From Tubulanus polymorphus (Eukaryota > Animalia > Nemertea), in assembly GCF_964204645.1 (NCBI RefSeq), contig NC_134029.1, forward strand, positions 4,526,001 through 4,590,000: 64,000 nt of DNA, given 5' to 3'. The translations under genes were made by a program, and so were the position numbers. The notes under the pieces were generated by a model, which was given only the letters and a program-made list of their open reading frames with translations, ran no database searches and was not told the origin of the DNA. Shown here in pieces: positions 51,881 to 64,000 of this stretch (position 1 is its first letter; each line of letters opens with the position of its first letter).

Positions 51881-52760
51881 AACAGAAGAGAAAACTGCAA
51901 TTCCCCTCGAATCCAGTTGCGAGTTTAATTTAAGCAAATAAACGTCGGTTACAAAATTCTCACCAGGGAAATGCATTGATTAAAACGGAAGCGTCGAAAT
52001 GTACACATTAATATTGTTGACATCGCCCTCTCTGTTCAGCAGTCAAACGTATAATGGACTCGGTTACTGATATTTAACCTGTCAACTGAAACGTATTCCT
52101 CGCGTGTACGATGGCTCTAATGTGCTTACTGCTTGTTGACACATCATTTCCATATCACAAAAAATATAAAAATCATTGTAAACCTGCTGATTACATCAGA
52201 CGTATTCACATATTCGTGAACCGAAGATACGATCAAAACCAATTCTAAATTCCTGTTAATATCCGCACTGAAGGACAGTTCAGACGAAATATCGGGATCT
52301 TTATCTCTTATTTATTTGAATGGTAATAGTTAAAACTGTTGTGATTAGTTTTCGTTGATTCCCAAACCCACCACACCTGCCGGGAACGAAACAGAGGGCT
52401 TGATTAGGAAATCGTAAATCGAAGTACAAAATGTAGTTCAGTTGTCGTCGGGATCTTTAATGATATAATGACCACAAATTGGGTCATTATAGTTCGTACG
52501 TATTTCATATATAGCAATGACAAGTCGATTAACATCGGTGAAAGTCAGCAGTACGTCATCAAACACACACACACACACGACCAACGCGAGCACGAATAGA
52601 TAATTGAACAAATAGAATATATTGCAATTATCATTATTTCAAAAGTCCTCTACATAGATGTGTACATACAACCGACGGATGCTATTCAAATACACGTGTA
52701 TAGGTCTACATAATAATCGAGATCCAAAGGCTACAGCCAAATGAGATGGCCCTTAGTATA

Positions 52761-52952
52761 AACATAAGATTGGGAACTAGAAACCTGTTGACATTTTTAC
52801 TACGGTAAGTAATTCGGACTTGATATATCATCGAATTGTAGGTTAACATATTCGAGATCGACAGAGACTACAACGAAGAGGCTTATTCGTTTGAACATAA
52901 GATTGGAAATTAGAGACCCATTGCTATTTCGCTAAGGTAAGTAATTCAGACT
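52761..52952 (+). repeat. Diverged ~60-bp local duplication, each copy carrying a GGTAAGT splice-donor motif
   Basis: aacataagattgg.aa.taga.acc..ttg...ta.ggtaagtaattc.gact at 52761-52820 and 52894-52952. Confidence 0.7.
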
Positions 52953-54120
52953 CCACGATCAAACTAATCACTTTCCTCTGTGAAAACCATACATTTGAAG
53001 TCCTTATATACATTTTTTAAACAGGATTATGCGTATACTTTGTGCATTAGCCATCAGTGAACAGAACAATTTAGATTTCTCATACGCTTCCCTGGTGAAA
53101 CATTTTCTACAAACTGTAAAATAGGGAACACTAATCGTGTGAGTCAATATTAGTTTTTGAATCATTTCAATCTCACAGCGAGACGATGAACAGTGTCGTT
53201 AATCCTTAATTTCTGATTAACAAATCGCCACATGACGTTTTCGAAATCATTTATCAATCTACGTATCCATCTATATATGATAGATGATGTAAAGAAGCTC
53301 AGCGTTGACAGAACGGTAATATATGCTCGATCCTAGTAGCGGAGACTGTACATAAATTAAACCATAAACCTGGCACAGTTCCATTTAATGCCGTTTGATT
53401 ATTCGCTGTTCAAACGAATGGGCGGATGATAAAAGGGTTTATAAACAACGGTAAAGGGACAGCATCAATGTGAACGCCACATGCCGGCCTAGTATAGAGC
53501 CGTAAAACAAGGCTCAAACGGACGAGGTTATAAACATCAAGTTACTCGTGTTAACTCTCCGGCGTTCGAGATTCCAATTCGACTTCAACTCATAGGTAAG
53601 TCTCTTGTTTTATCTTCAAAATTTTTAACTCTTGCGCTCCACCAGGGAATGGACTACTTTGTGTAACTCTTTACAATTCACGCGATCTAGATTGAAGTCT
53701 TTAGAAACTGGGGAGTGAAATGTGATGAATACAGAATAAAATGATAAAAGGAAACTTGAATTTCCAATGACGTCATGTGCTTATCGTATGTACACACTTG
53801 GCCTTGGGGTAGAGTTTGAATCTTTGCCAAGCAACGTACGTACGTACGTGAACGTGTTTGTCGCTTCCGCGTTCATACAGCACGGGGGATATATATTTGT
53901 AGGGTCGTGGTACTCGAATTCACTATTCCCAGCGATAAAAATCTGTATTTATTCGGATGCAAATGTTCGCTATCAACACGATATTAATGAAAACAATGAA
54001 TGGACAGATATAGAAATACAATAATATGCAAATTTTATGTATGTCGACGAGAGAAATCCCACAATGATTCAGCCAAAGATAAAAAATTATTGAATAGTTG
54101 AAAATAATTGTATATATTTT

Positions 54121-54164
54121 GAGCAACGTTTCGGCTAAATACTATAAGCCATCATCAGGCGTTC
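54121..54164 (-). ncRNA. Minimal type-I hammerhead ribozyme-like motif
   Basis: Minus strand GAACGC-CUGAUGA-U-GGCU(UAUAGUAUUU)AGCC-GAA-A(CG)U-U-GCUC. Canonical cores, 4-bp stem II, short GC/GC stem I. Confidence 0.55.
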
Positions 54165-56040
54165 ATCCATCTTACACGGATATCGTGTATCTTCTCGACT
54201 CAGTATTTAGTGAAAGGTCTTATTTTTAGTTTTAGGGTTTGTTTCGCCTTAACTCAACGTTGGGAGAATCTAAGCTACTACGTGAATCTATCGAAATCCC
54301 GGGACCATTTGAGGCAGGTTTTAAGAATTCTGGGTTCTGGTCCTAATTCTTTTCGTAAAATCACTCGTCCCGGGCTATGGGATAAGGTCTTCGATTTTTT
54401 ATTGGTTCCCTTGCAATACCCGTGATACGAATGCCGTCGGGTATTATGTCGTATTTTGACAAGACTTTCTCGTCTTGCTATGTTTGTTTTTGTATGTCAC
54501 GTCGTATCATTTCCAACCTCGACTTCTCATATTGCGACACCTTTTATTCAGCTTATCCCCGTGTGACGTCAAAAAACCATCGGTCGCCTTCCGATTTGAC
54601 GCATGTGAATCTGTGAACCACACATCCCTGGATGTTCTCAAGGTCACCTTTTACTCACGTTGATTATTTTATAAAAGATGCCAACTGCGCTAAATTGAGC
54701 ACTGTTCCCTCCAAATCTTGCTTGCTGTTACTCGAACTGAATTCGTGCAGAGGAGATAGCCTTTTTTCTCAAAGGCGGCGAGGTAAGTCATTTGTTTGTT
54801 ATGCACCATCTTCTACCGAACGAAAATCATGCAATTTCGATCGAAAACGTTCATTGTTTTTACAACTATTTTAAAGAAAAGGACAATACATTATCTATTA
54901 CAAACTTTCTTGAATTTCCAACTTGTCAACCTTACGTAATCGTTGGCTTTATCGCTTTATACGATTTTGAAGAAACTGACATTCAATTCATTGTTAGCGT
55001 ACTGTTAATGACGATTATTTTGAGAGTGATTTACTCATAAATTTATATTTGGAGGTGCACACCTAGCTATCATTACACTTATGCATACCTTATCATTATG
55101 CAATAAATAGAAATGTATTTATATAGACACTGGCTGACTTTGGTAGATGTCATTCGACATTTAAGTACAAGCTATATGTATATAAAGACAATTAAAATTC
55201 GTAATCAGAATGACATTTCTACTGTCAGGATGAACCACGCGTGTTCCCAGTTGCTGCTCATAAAACAGGTAAGAAGGAACCGGTAAGACAATCATATTTT
55301 TATTCTTTGTTTCTTGCTTATCAAAATGTTTCGAGCTATGATAAATGCACCCTAAACCCGTGGAGCTACAACCTATACTGGAGCGTGTGTTCGTCGATTT
55401 AAACCGTGGTTGATGTTTCGCCGTGCCGAGGCTTGTCGTATTACGTCGCGAACTGTAAGTTAAATAATAGAAATATTTCATATCATTGTTCACTTTTACA
55501 GTCTGCTGGTTCATAGTATCATCAGTATTTGTTTAGCTTGGAATGTGCATTTAGAAATCATGGCGAATTTATCCAGGTTTCACGATTTCAGAGCATTTTC
55601 AATAACTGTTCGTTGTCGTCGAAACCTGCCTAAATATTGGTCAATAATCATCGAGAAAACAGATAGAAAACCAAAACAGTAAGACGGCTCAGACGAACGA
55701 TAATACTTGGGACATGGTAGGCATAGCGTCTAGGATTCTAACAAGGTATTTTCTAACAAAGAAGAAATAATATATATATGTATATTATACTAGTTGTCGA
55801 CAGAAACATTTACCGGCAATAAAAGCGCTACCCGAAGAAGCATTGTGACGCGAACCAGCTGGAACCAAGTCGCAGATATTTTACAAGTGTCACCGACACA
55901 CGTGTATCTATCATCTTGATACCAGGTGGGTTGTATAGGGGAGGGAGACGCCATGTTGTATTAATGCAACATTATATATTCCTATAGTAGGTCAATATAC
56001 CACGTTTTAAGTCCGAGAAGTTTTCTTCAGCTAGGAGTTG

Positions 56041-56137
56041 ATTCTTAACGTTTCGACTAAAATCTTAATCGCCATCTTCAGGAATACTACTGATTTGACT
56101 ATTGTGATGAGATAAACTCGAAACGTTGAATGAGCTA
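56041..56137. repeat. Head-to-head pair of degenerate minimal hammerhead motifs
   Basis: Minus strand 56041-56088: AGTATTC CTGAAGA TGGCGATTAAGATTTTAGTC GAAACGTT AAGAAT. Plus strand 56101-56137: ATT GTGATGA GATAAACTC GAAACGTT GAATGAGCTA. Confidence 0.45.
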
Positions 56138-57093
56138 CTAGTCTAACTAAGTCAACTTTTCGCACTTTATTTTTTCATTACCTCATCAATGTTGGTGTTT
56201 CGAAAATTACAATTGTCAATGTTGGCGTTTATTTTGTTATTGATTACACTTCTTTGTTTCTATCTAATGAATGTCCATGCCTTTGAAGATTGATTTTAAT
56301 GACAGTTAGAATATTCCGAGTTGTGCACGATGTCATCAATATTGGGGCTAGAATGGTAGCTAGTCGTCAATACAATTCAGTTCCCAATATATTCAAATTC
56401 AGAATAATTGTATTGAACCATATTGTATTAAATATATTACTTTCACTGTCGACAAAATTAAGCGATACATTGTTATTTTTCGAGGCGTCATTGAAACCTT
56501 TAAGTTAGTATTTTCATTTATCGATACTAAACTTTTTCGTCAATGGTTATTTGCTTCACTGTATTTCTAGTAGTATTCGATACTCAGTATAAAATCTCAT
56601 CTCTGTTTTTCAGCAGACGTTGATTTGATCTTTTCATCTCGTAATGCAGACTACAATTTTAGAGATTTATCATTTTATCCCATCTAATAAAAGAAAAGTT
56701 CTCTTCGTTTTTAAAGCCGTACGAATGCCGCGTTCTAGATTTCACCCGTGGATGTTTTTTGTTATGTTGTTGTTTTTATTGAAATGTTTTGAATTAAACT
56801 TACGCGATGTAAAGGTCATTACGTACGTAACGACGATATTTTCAGTCTTGTGAAGAAAGAAGCCATCGAAATTGTTACCTAACTCCTTTCCTTTCGTTCG
56901 ATCATAGTCGTAAACAAGGTACTCCTAGCTTCGTACAGGATGAATATGCTCGAAGACAAAATAGGGGTAGATTTCCATGGAATATTTGAACTAATTCTGA
57001 TGAATTCAAATTACATATAAAATCCAATTTAAACTAGTAATGAAAACGTTTAAGGTGATTATCATAGAACATTTGCAAACTCCTATAACCTTT

Positions 57094-57148
57094 GTATTCC
57101 TGGAGATGACTACATGTATTACAGTATAGTCGAAATGTTGAATAAACT
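57094..57148 (+). repeat. Minimal hammerhead-like motif with perfect stem I but mutated core
   Basis: GTATTC CTGGAGA T GACTA(CATGTATTACAGTA)TAGTC GAAATGTT GAATAAACT. Stem I is UAUUC/GAAUA and the tail matches the 16174 copy. Confidence 0.5.
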
Positions 57149-58465
57149 ATTAACTCGGTCTTACATTTTGGACTTAATGTTTTCATATCTAGCGTGGGAT
57201 TTTATAGCGATACCGGACCACTGACACGGGAGGACATTACAGCACGCACCGAGTGCTTTCATCAGCGGCAATTTAAATTGCTTGGGTGATAGAAAATCAG
57301 AAGTTTAACGCCAGTAACTAATCTTATTTTAGTTTTGTAAAACTGGGGGCCTTATTGCGGTACGACTTTCAATGTATATATACATATACATGTAGTTTCA
57401 TTATTGTTGTGTCATCATGACGAATGAAACTGTTTGGTATATGTACTTGGAAACGGCGTTCTGGACCCCCTAGTTGACATGAAGATAAAAGCCACTGTAA
57501 ACAAATTTAAAAGATTGAAAACTAAGTATCATAACATGTTATTCAAGAAAAGAACTGAAATTGAAAAACACGGCGCGAAAGGCCATCGTCAATTTTCAAT
57601 AATACCCGTTGAATTCAGTGAGTTTCTACTCTTCACGTTCGAGAGTAGCCTTTTGCATGAATATATTTTCGCTTAAACGCCCTCAATATTAGAATGTACA
57701 GGGGCGAATAAACCCTTCGCGACAAACACGCATGACACGAGTGATTTTGACATTTACACGTTCAGAAATACGCGAGACGGCGCATCGGTCGTCAACAACC
57801 AGCAGAAAATCCACCCGCGGCTCTTGAGAAGCAAAGCGATACCGTCTGACGGCGCCATCTATTGAGCGTCAACGTCTAAAAAAAAAAATGACGTCATATT
57901 TCATCAGTTTAGATTAGTATAAAGTATCGCATTCTTTTGATACTGAAATCTTATGTTGCCCAAGCACTATATAACGGATATTGAATTGCTAAGGCATATT
58001 TTGGTAGCCCTCTGAGTGCGGATCGGGTAAGAAGTTTCGCTCGGTCTGTATTCGCCAGGAGCGACGCGACGGAAATATTTCAGCAAATGAAGCAGAATTA
58101 AATCGATTTAGACGTCGTAAATTCAATATGAGCAGCTCGTTGTGTGGTATAAACCGAGTTATACTGATTGTCAACAGTTAGTAGAGGATCGCCGGTAGCT
58201 GTTTCCCCTCTCCTCTCAATCAACACATGGCTCGAATTCTTCGTCCTTTCTCGTCATTAGGAAAGTGCCGGCGACGGAATTTTCAAATTTGATTTATCCC
58301 GATTCTAGGTAACTTCATAAAAACTTTACAGCATTCGCTTAACGAGTTACAACTCGTTTTACAGAATTTACAGAAAAATTTCTAAATCCGAGTGAGAATT
58401 GCGGCTATTATTTCATTACTTATATAGCTACATAATGACTCAAACAAGAATATGGTATATACTAA

Positions 58466-58638
58466 AGCCGAACGCACACGGCACCGAAAAACGTTTTAGA
58501 TGTGTTTTATTATGCCGTGTGCGGGGGAGGCAAAACACAAAACGCCGAACTGAAAAACGTTTTTCACGAGCAAAAAACTTTCTAAAAAACGTGTTTTCTG
58601 CTTCGGCGAAACAAATGTTTTGCCGTGTGCGTTGGGCT
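58466..58638. mobile_element. MITE family D (173 bp), PIF/Harbinger (Tourist)-like
   Basis: 18-bp TIRs: AGCCGAACGCACACGGCA versus reverse-complement AGCCCAACGCACACGGCA (17/18). TAA on both sides (58463-58465, 58639-58641). An extra internal TIR copy lies at 58513-58523. Confidence 0.85.
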
Positions 58639-60055
58639 TAACATGGACCGAATGGCGTTAAGTAAACAAGAATATGCATTTTGAAAAAAGCCACAATTCC
58701 ACATTTTTCGCATGGTGTTAATTTGAATACGTTTTGACGAAAATTGTACCGTGCTCGGATAAAGATGTCGCAATGCTCCGATAGTTCTAACGGAAAGCTT
58801 CGCCCGAAGGAATCTCGTAACAGTTCAATTTCTTGCTGAGATGTACACTGTTGGATGCTATACTGCCGCTCTTTTAAGATCCTGTTCTCATCCGCACCTA
58901 ACTAATATGACTAACACGTCAACCGTTATAAGCAAGAGAAACTCAGCCGGCCGTTAAGCTGTTTTGCTAATTAAATTGCTTAGCTTCTTGTCGGCAAAGC
59001 AACAGAATGTCAAAGGAGAAGTGACACTCAGTTAGCTCCTCGGTGACCTTCATTAATTTCATTACGGCTTGAACTAAAGATAAGACAGTGAAGTAATGCC
59101 CTCAGTAGGCTGATGGTAGCACGCTGCCAGAAGATATAATCTGTAAACCTAAATGGTAGAGTGAGGTATATACGCTCATATCTATATAGAAATATTCTAC
59201 GAAAGAAATATCTGTTACAATAAAAAAGGCGAAATTCAGAAGTTATTCATTTTTCCTCGTAATGCCATTTCATGAATTTTTATCGTGATTGACGGGCCGT
59301 CGATGTGGCACCCTGACGCGATAGTTAGATTTGGGAATATTTGATGAATTGATCGCGAAAATTCGAGCGTTCTGAAAATCTGGATTCCCTTGCATAGCCT
59401 GTTTAAACAACATTACTTCATTTCGTATTCATGGCGCGACTGACAGCGATATTATTCGCTATAATTTGAGAGGTGAAACCGTGCCGAGGGCCCTCCGGGG
59501 ACGTGCAATTGTGTAAAACGCGTTTAATTCGATAGCGCAGTTTTAAAATGGAGAGAGAATATTATTGACAGTGTTTCTTACGAACCAAGCAACAAGTCGA
59601 CATAACAGAGGCAGTTTTAGTTGATATTCAAGTCGTATGAAAGCCGTAAATTAATTAGCCGTGAATGCGAAAGAGAACCCGCCACCATGGCATGATTGAT
59701 ATTTTACAGAAATTAAACAATTCCGTGACAAGAAAAGCAGAAATGAATTCGGCTCACTCAACTTCGATATAAAAACACAATTGGCTTTCCTGTAACTTTG
59801 ATGCCATATCAAAATGGCGTCTCTCAGTCACTGGATTTTAATTGCAGACGATAATTTACAATTTGAATAACAGTAGCTATGATTTCCGAATTAAAATCTT
59901 TATATTGTATCTACAATGATGGATATCGAACTTACGTGATGCCCAGGCAGTCACTAACTCTTCATGTAACGTCATGAATATATTCGTATTGTAATCGCAC
60001 TGAAGGGAAGAGACCGATTACGAAAAAAATTAGAACCAATTGAGCCTTTTGGACT

Positions 60056-60136
60056 GCCATGGCTTAGGTTTGAGGGCTGTCTAAGACCAAATCTGTTCTA
60101 TAAGCCAATCTAACAATTAAAGGCCAGTCTTAAGAT
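60056..60136 (-). mobile_element. MITE family A partial copy, reverse orientation
   Basis: catggcttag.tt.gag..ct.gtctaagaccaa...gttctata.gc.aatctaacaa.ttaa.g.ccagtcttaa. Confidence 0.55.
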
Positions 60137-60747
60137 GAAAGACAACCTTTGACCGAGCAACTCGACCCAACGCACAGAATTGGAAGAGATCCACATTAGA
60201 AGCTCAAATATCCCGTCATTGACGGAAGGAGAAACGAACCCTGAAAGTGAAAATAAGGCAGCATTTATAAATTTTGGGAATCTGTCGCACAAACCACTTG
60301 ACTTGCAATCTAGGATTGGCACGCGATGAAAGCACGTGACCTTTCCATGCTCATGTAAACCCGTGGACATGACGTCACACCCTGAATTTTGGGAGTAGAC
60401 ATAAGGCGAAAGTCATTGCCTCAAGCATGCGATTAATATGTTAGTAAATTAATCTTCAATAGCCGTTAAAAATACATCCCTTAGTCTCGGTAATCGTGGT
60501 GACCCGAGGAGATACTTCCCGAGCTACCATCAATTCTATGGCTAAAGGAACAACACTACAGCGTGTCGTCTGCGTGTACTTCCTAACCAGGGGTCGAGCA
60601 CTATCGATCGTTTAAAGGCCGATAGAGACAAGATTAAAGTGCCGACTAAAGGTGCAACCTAATCCACAAACGACTAGCCCTTTATCCCATTGATCAACGA
60701 AATAGCACGAAGATGCCTAATCCAGCATCACCGCCACTACCACACGG

Positions 60748-60785
60748 GTGGCGGCGGCAGCAGCAGTAGCAGCAGCAGCATCATC
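60748..60785. repeat. Imperfect (GGC)/(CAG) trinucleotide tract
   Basis: gtggcggcggcagcagcagtagcagcagcagcatcatc. Confidence 0.7.
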
Positions 60786-62885
60786 GCGGATAAAAAGAAA
60801 CCCTCCAGCAACAATTCATAAGTGTTGCTTGCATTCATCTTTCTGCATCGAGTGCTTGGGAAGGGACGATGCAGGCATTATAGTTTTATGCATTGAAAGC
60901 AATGACATTCAGTAGAATAGAGCTCTTCAGTTGTTCTGGTTGGGAGGGATAGTGACGCGCGCTGTAAACTGTTTATCGTTTTCGACGTCGTTGATATATC
61001 TGCGAGAGAAAAAGTAAATTGGCGCTCTACATTCGGAAACAAATAAAAAAAATGAAATGGCGTAACAATAGAAATCTATGGAAGAGTTGTGGAGGTCGAC
61101 AAAACCCACAATAAAAAAGAAAAACTATCTGATAGTTTCGACTCAAATCTATGAGTCATTTAAAAAAAAAAGTTGTGGAGGTCTTCGAAAAATTTGCAAG
61201 AATCTCGGAATTTTGCATGCTAGAATCCTTTGGGTCTTTCTTAAGATTTTATCTTCATCTGTTTACAACTTCGAGAGCCGCCCAAACACTCGTGTCTCAT
61301 CTATTGCCCCAAAACTCTCCCAGTTAGCACCTCAGTTCCATTTAGATCCTCGCTCCCTTAGTTTCGAATCCCAATTTTCCTTTCGCTTGCCGCAGCAGTA
61401 GTGTTTTCGGTACCCATTCAATTACATAACTAGGTTCATCTTAATGATACATTACTCATTTAGTATTTCTAAATGCGATTATGTCCTGCTAATTTGGGAA
61501 TGACTTGGCATTAAATGGGCTTTTTCTTCCGGCATCGAAGAAATCCTCACATTGTTATATACTAGTAGAAAATCGGGTCTAACTCCATCATAATAAAAAA
61601 ACCCATTCCACATGTGTCATGATGTCTCCCGGCCTAGGCAGCATTCCTTTATGGTAGTCAACCACTAGCAACAGTATCATATACGCACCGAGGAAAGGAT
61701 GAGTCATCTTCGTCTTCTACTTCCGAACAATCAATTTTCCTACGACTGCGAAAACGAATCTGCTAGTGAAATTATGACCAAACTTTGCGGTGATTTACCT
61801 GCTGCTGCTGATGCCGCTGAATCCGATAACTTCCCCCAGTTATCGGCGGGTGTATTTTATACGTCGTGTAGATAGTTAATGGTTTATTCAATGTTACGCG
61901 TCTTATCGGAATCGACAGTTTGTCGCTGTGAAGCGCGCGCAAAGCAGCAACTTATATCATTTTTCTTTGATCGAAGTTATTCACAACCGCGCGCACTTAC
62001 ACACCCAGTCACAGTTGCGCATGAACGAACGAACGAGAAAATAATCGAATCATATGACGTACATCCAAATGACCAAAAAACCAAAAAAATTCGTTCAGTG
62101 TCGATTCCCATTCCTGAATACCAGTAGTTGCACTGCTGTTTTTGGCAAAGTGCCAGTGATAAAAAATCAAATTCTTCTATTTTTTCTAACAAATTTGATC
62201 TTATTGCGATGTAGACAGTGTAGCGATGATTAGAGGGCATCTAGAAAACCAATTTAGAAGCAACATATGAATATCTTTCTCTCGATTGCCTTTCGGTCTC
62301 TTGGCGTCTCATTAACTAGCCGTTGTTACATACACGCTGTCGAAAACCCAATCACCGGCAAACATCTATCTCCCGGTAAAAAACCAATTATCGACTTAAA
62401 ACCAGACTCGATAGTGACCAACGGGCAAATCACGGCAAGCCCTACAGGTCCTGACTAATTTCGAACCTGTCAAGTTTGATCGCCATCCGATACGTGACCT
62501 CGTTAAACAATATAGACTTGGCTTTAGTTCTGTAATAGGAACGGGGACAGGGTGAAGAACCAGTTCTGCTAAATTGTAACGAGACGAGCCTCCGGAACAT
62601 GTAAGAAATATCTATTGAATTCTAAATAAGAAGAATAAAAACCAAATGAATAATATGTAAAACCATAGAAATAACTGAATAATCGTTCAGCTAGCTAGAA
62701 CATAGACTAGGATATAAATTTTCTATAAACTACTGATATTCGGATATATCATTCTTATGTCCCAGATGACACCTCTCATTAGAGTATGAAAATGTGCCAT
62801 TAGTGAGCTTATACTTTACACATTAAAAAGTCTCCTAGGAAAAAAGCCTAATGCACCACATGGATAAATTCGTTCATCACGTAAC

Positions 62886-62993
62886 AATGGGGAACCTACG
62901 AACTCCCGTGGCAATCGACGATTCCACTTACGGCAGGCGAGGATCCACCAGGTTCGCTAGTGGTTACTCGGTCTTCTAAATTTCTTCTACATT
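62886..62993 (+). repeat. Dispersed repeat family B, longest copy
   Basis: aatggggaacctacgaactcccgtggcaatcgacgattc...ggatccaccaggttcgctagtggttactcggtcttctaaatttcttctac. Homologous to 17440-17530 and 41885-41930. Confidence 0.65.
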
Positions 62994-64000
62994 CCAATTA
63001 GACTGGTTGCCGGTCTCTATCTTCGGTCTCTATTCTGACTGCGAATGCAGGTGGCGCATAATTGGACAGGCGACCAGTCTATATCCAATTAAAACTGGAA
63101 TGAGATTTTTCTTAGGAGTCAATCAATTTGTACTGGACACTATACCGATATCTGAGTGGAAGAATGAATTTATTGTATATTTGTTGGGGCCAGTGATAAT
63201 ATATGCATTCACGTGACATCAAGCGGGTCAGAGTGTCCATCTAGCGCATACGGCTAGCTGAAGTAAAAAGTGGAGGTCGACGTCAGATATGACCTGATGT
63301 GAACAATACGCGTGACGTTTGCGGATAAGGTCGATATAGAGGTGCCACGACACCGATAATCGAGGCCTGGATTTAGTTGAGATCTCACGTAAATGTTCAA
63401 TTCCTCGTTATCCCACGTACAAACAAACAGTTCAACAACTATTCTGTTTTTGATGGACAATAACGTGTTCTTCCATCGACATGTAATTAGAGAGTTGACT
63501 GATTGCATTTACCCGGTGTACAGTGCTTCTCGACACGCGAATCACCGTCAGCGCGCATTTCAATTCGCTATTGATATTCATCCGAAATGCGAGGTCGATA
63601 GAAACTGCGCCAGTAAACAGATTCATTCATTGGTTGATTGCTTCATCAGGCAATATTTAATTCTCGCAATAAGCACCGCGTAAGAAGTTTGTTTGGTATC
63701 GGAAACCGATGAATGCTCATCACAATAAAATGGATGTAAAAGAACACAACACGAAACTAATTCATTACGTCAATTAACAGTGAATTTTCGAATAGAATTG
63801 TATTTTACATCATTAGTCGTGGCGGTTAGTTCGGTAGTTAATGGGGAATCGTTATTTTTGAGCAAGATCTCGATCGAAAGACAGCGGACACCGTTCAATA
63901 AAACTATCATACAAACATCCTTTCTAAAGCATTTAAAGAAGTTTTCAGTTACACTTCCCTTTAAAATGATGTACAAATTATGTTTATCAAACAAGGGACT

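Noticed and set aside
60713-60920. Poly-Ala/poly-Gln coding exon from the CAG tract
   Set aside because: The Gln frame is interrupted by TAG, and the Ala frame lacks a start or splice support.
61699-61875. 58-aa plus-strand ORF (MSHLRLLLP...)
   Set aside because: Protein-like composition but no homology that I recognise and no splice or promoter support.

Overview
Eukaryotic genomic DNA from an invertebrate animal, probably a lophotrochozoan (inferred from GT-AG introns, AT-rich but CpG-retaining sequence, and gene content). It is not a prokaryotic window and has no CRISPR array. Left to right it holds: the last four coding exons of a lachesin/IgLON-like Ig-domain gene with a probable GPI anchor (+); two single-coding-exon rhodopsin-class GPCRs of the FMRFamide-receptor-like group (-); tRNA-Ala(TGC) (-) and tRNA-Asn(GTT) (+), flanking a 5'-truncated LINE; a 29-bp minisatellite; and two complete tandem 10-exon SLC22 transporter paralogs (-). 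Interspersed repeats include Harbinger-type MITEs, SINE remnants and a dispersed family of Penelope-type minimal hammerhead-ribozyme motifs. The three most notable observations are: (1) exon 2 of the two otherwise diverged SLC22 paralogs, encoding the extracellular loop, is 171/173 nt identical, suggesting exon-limited gene conversion; (2) seven minimal hammerhead-like motifs, four of them in inverted pairs; (3) a Lys at GPCR position 7.49. All coordinates were read by eye and no database searches were run. About 26-40 kb and 52-64 kb contain no coding sequence I can support.
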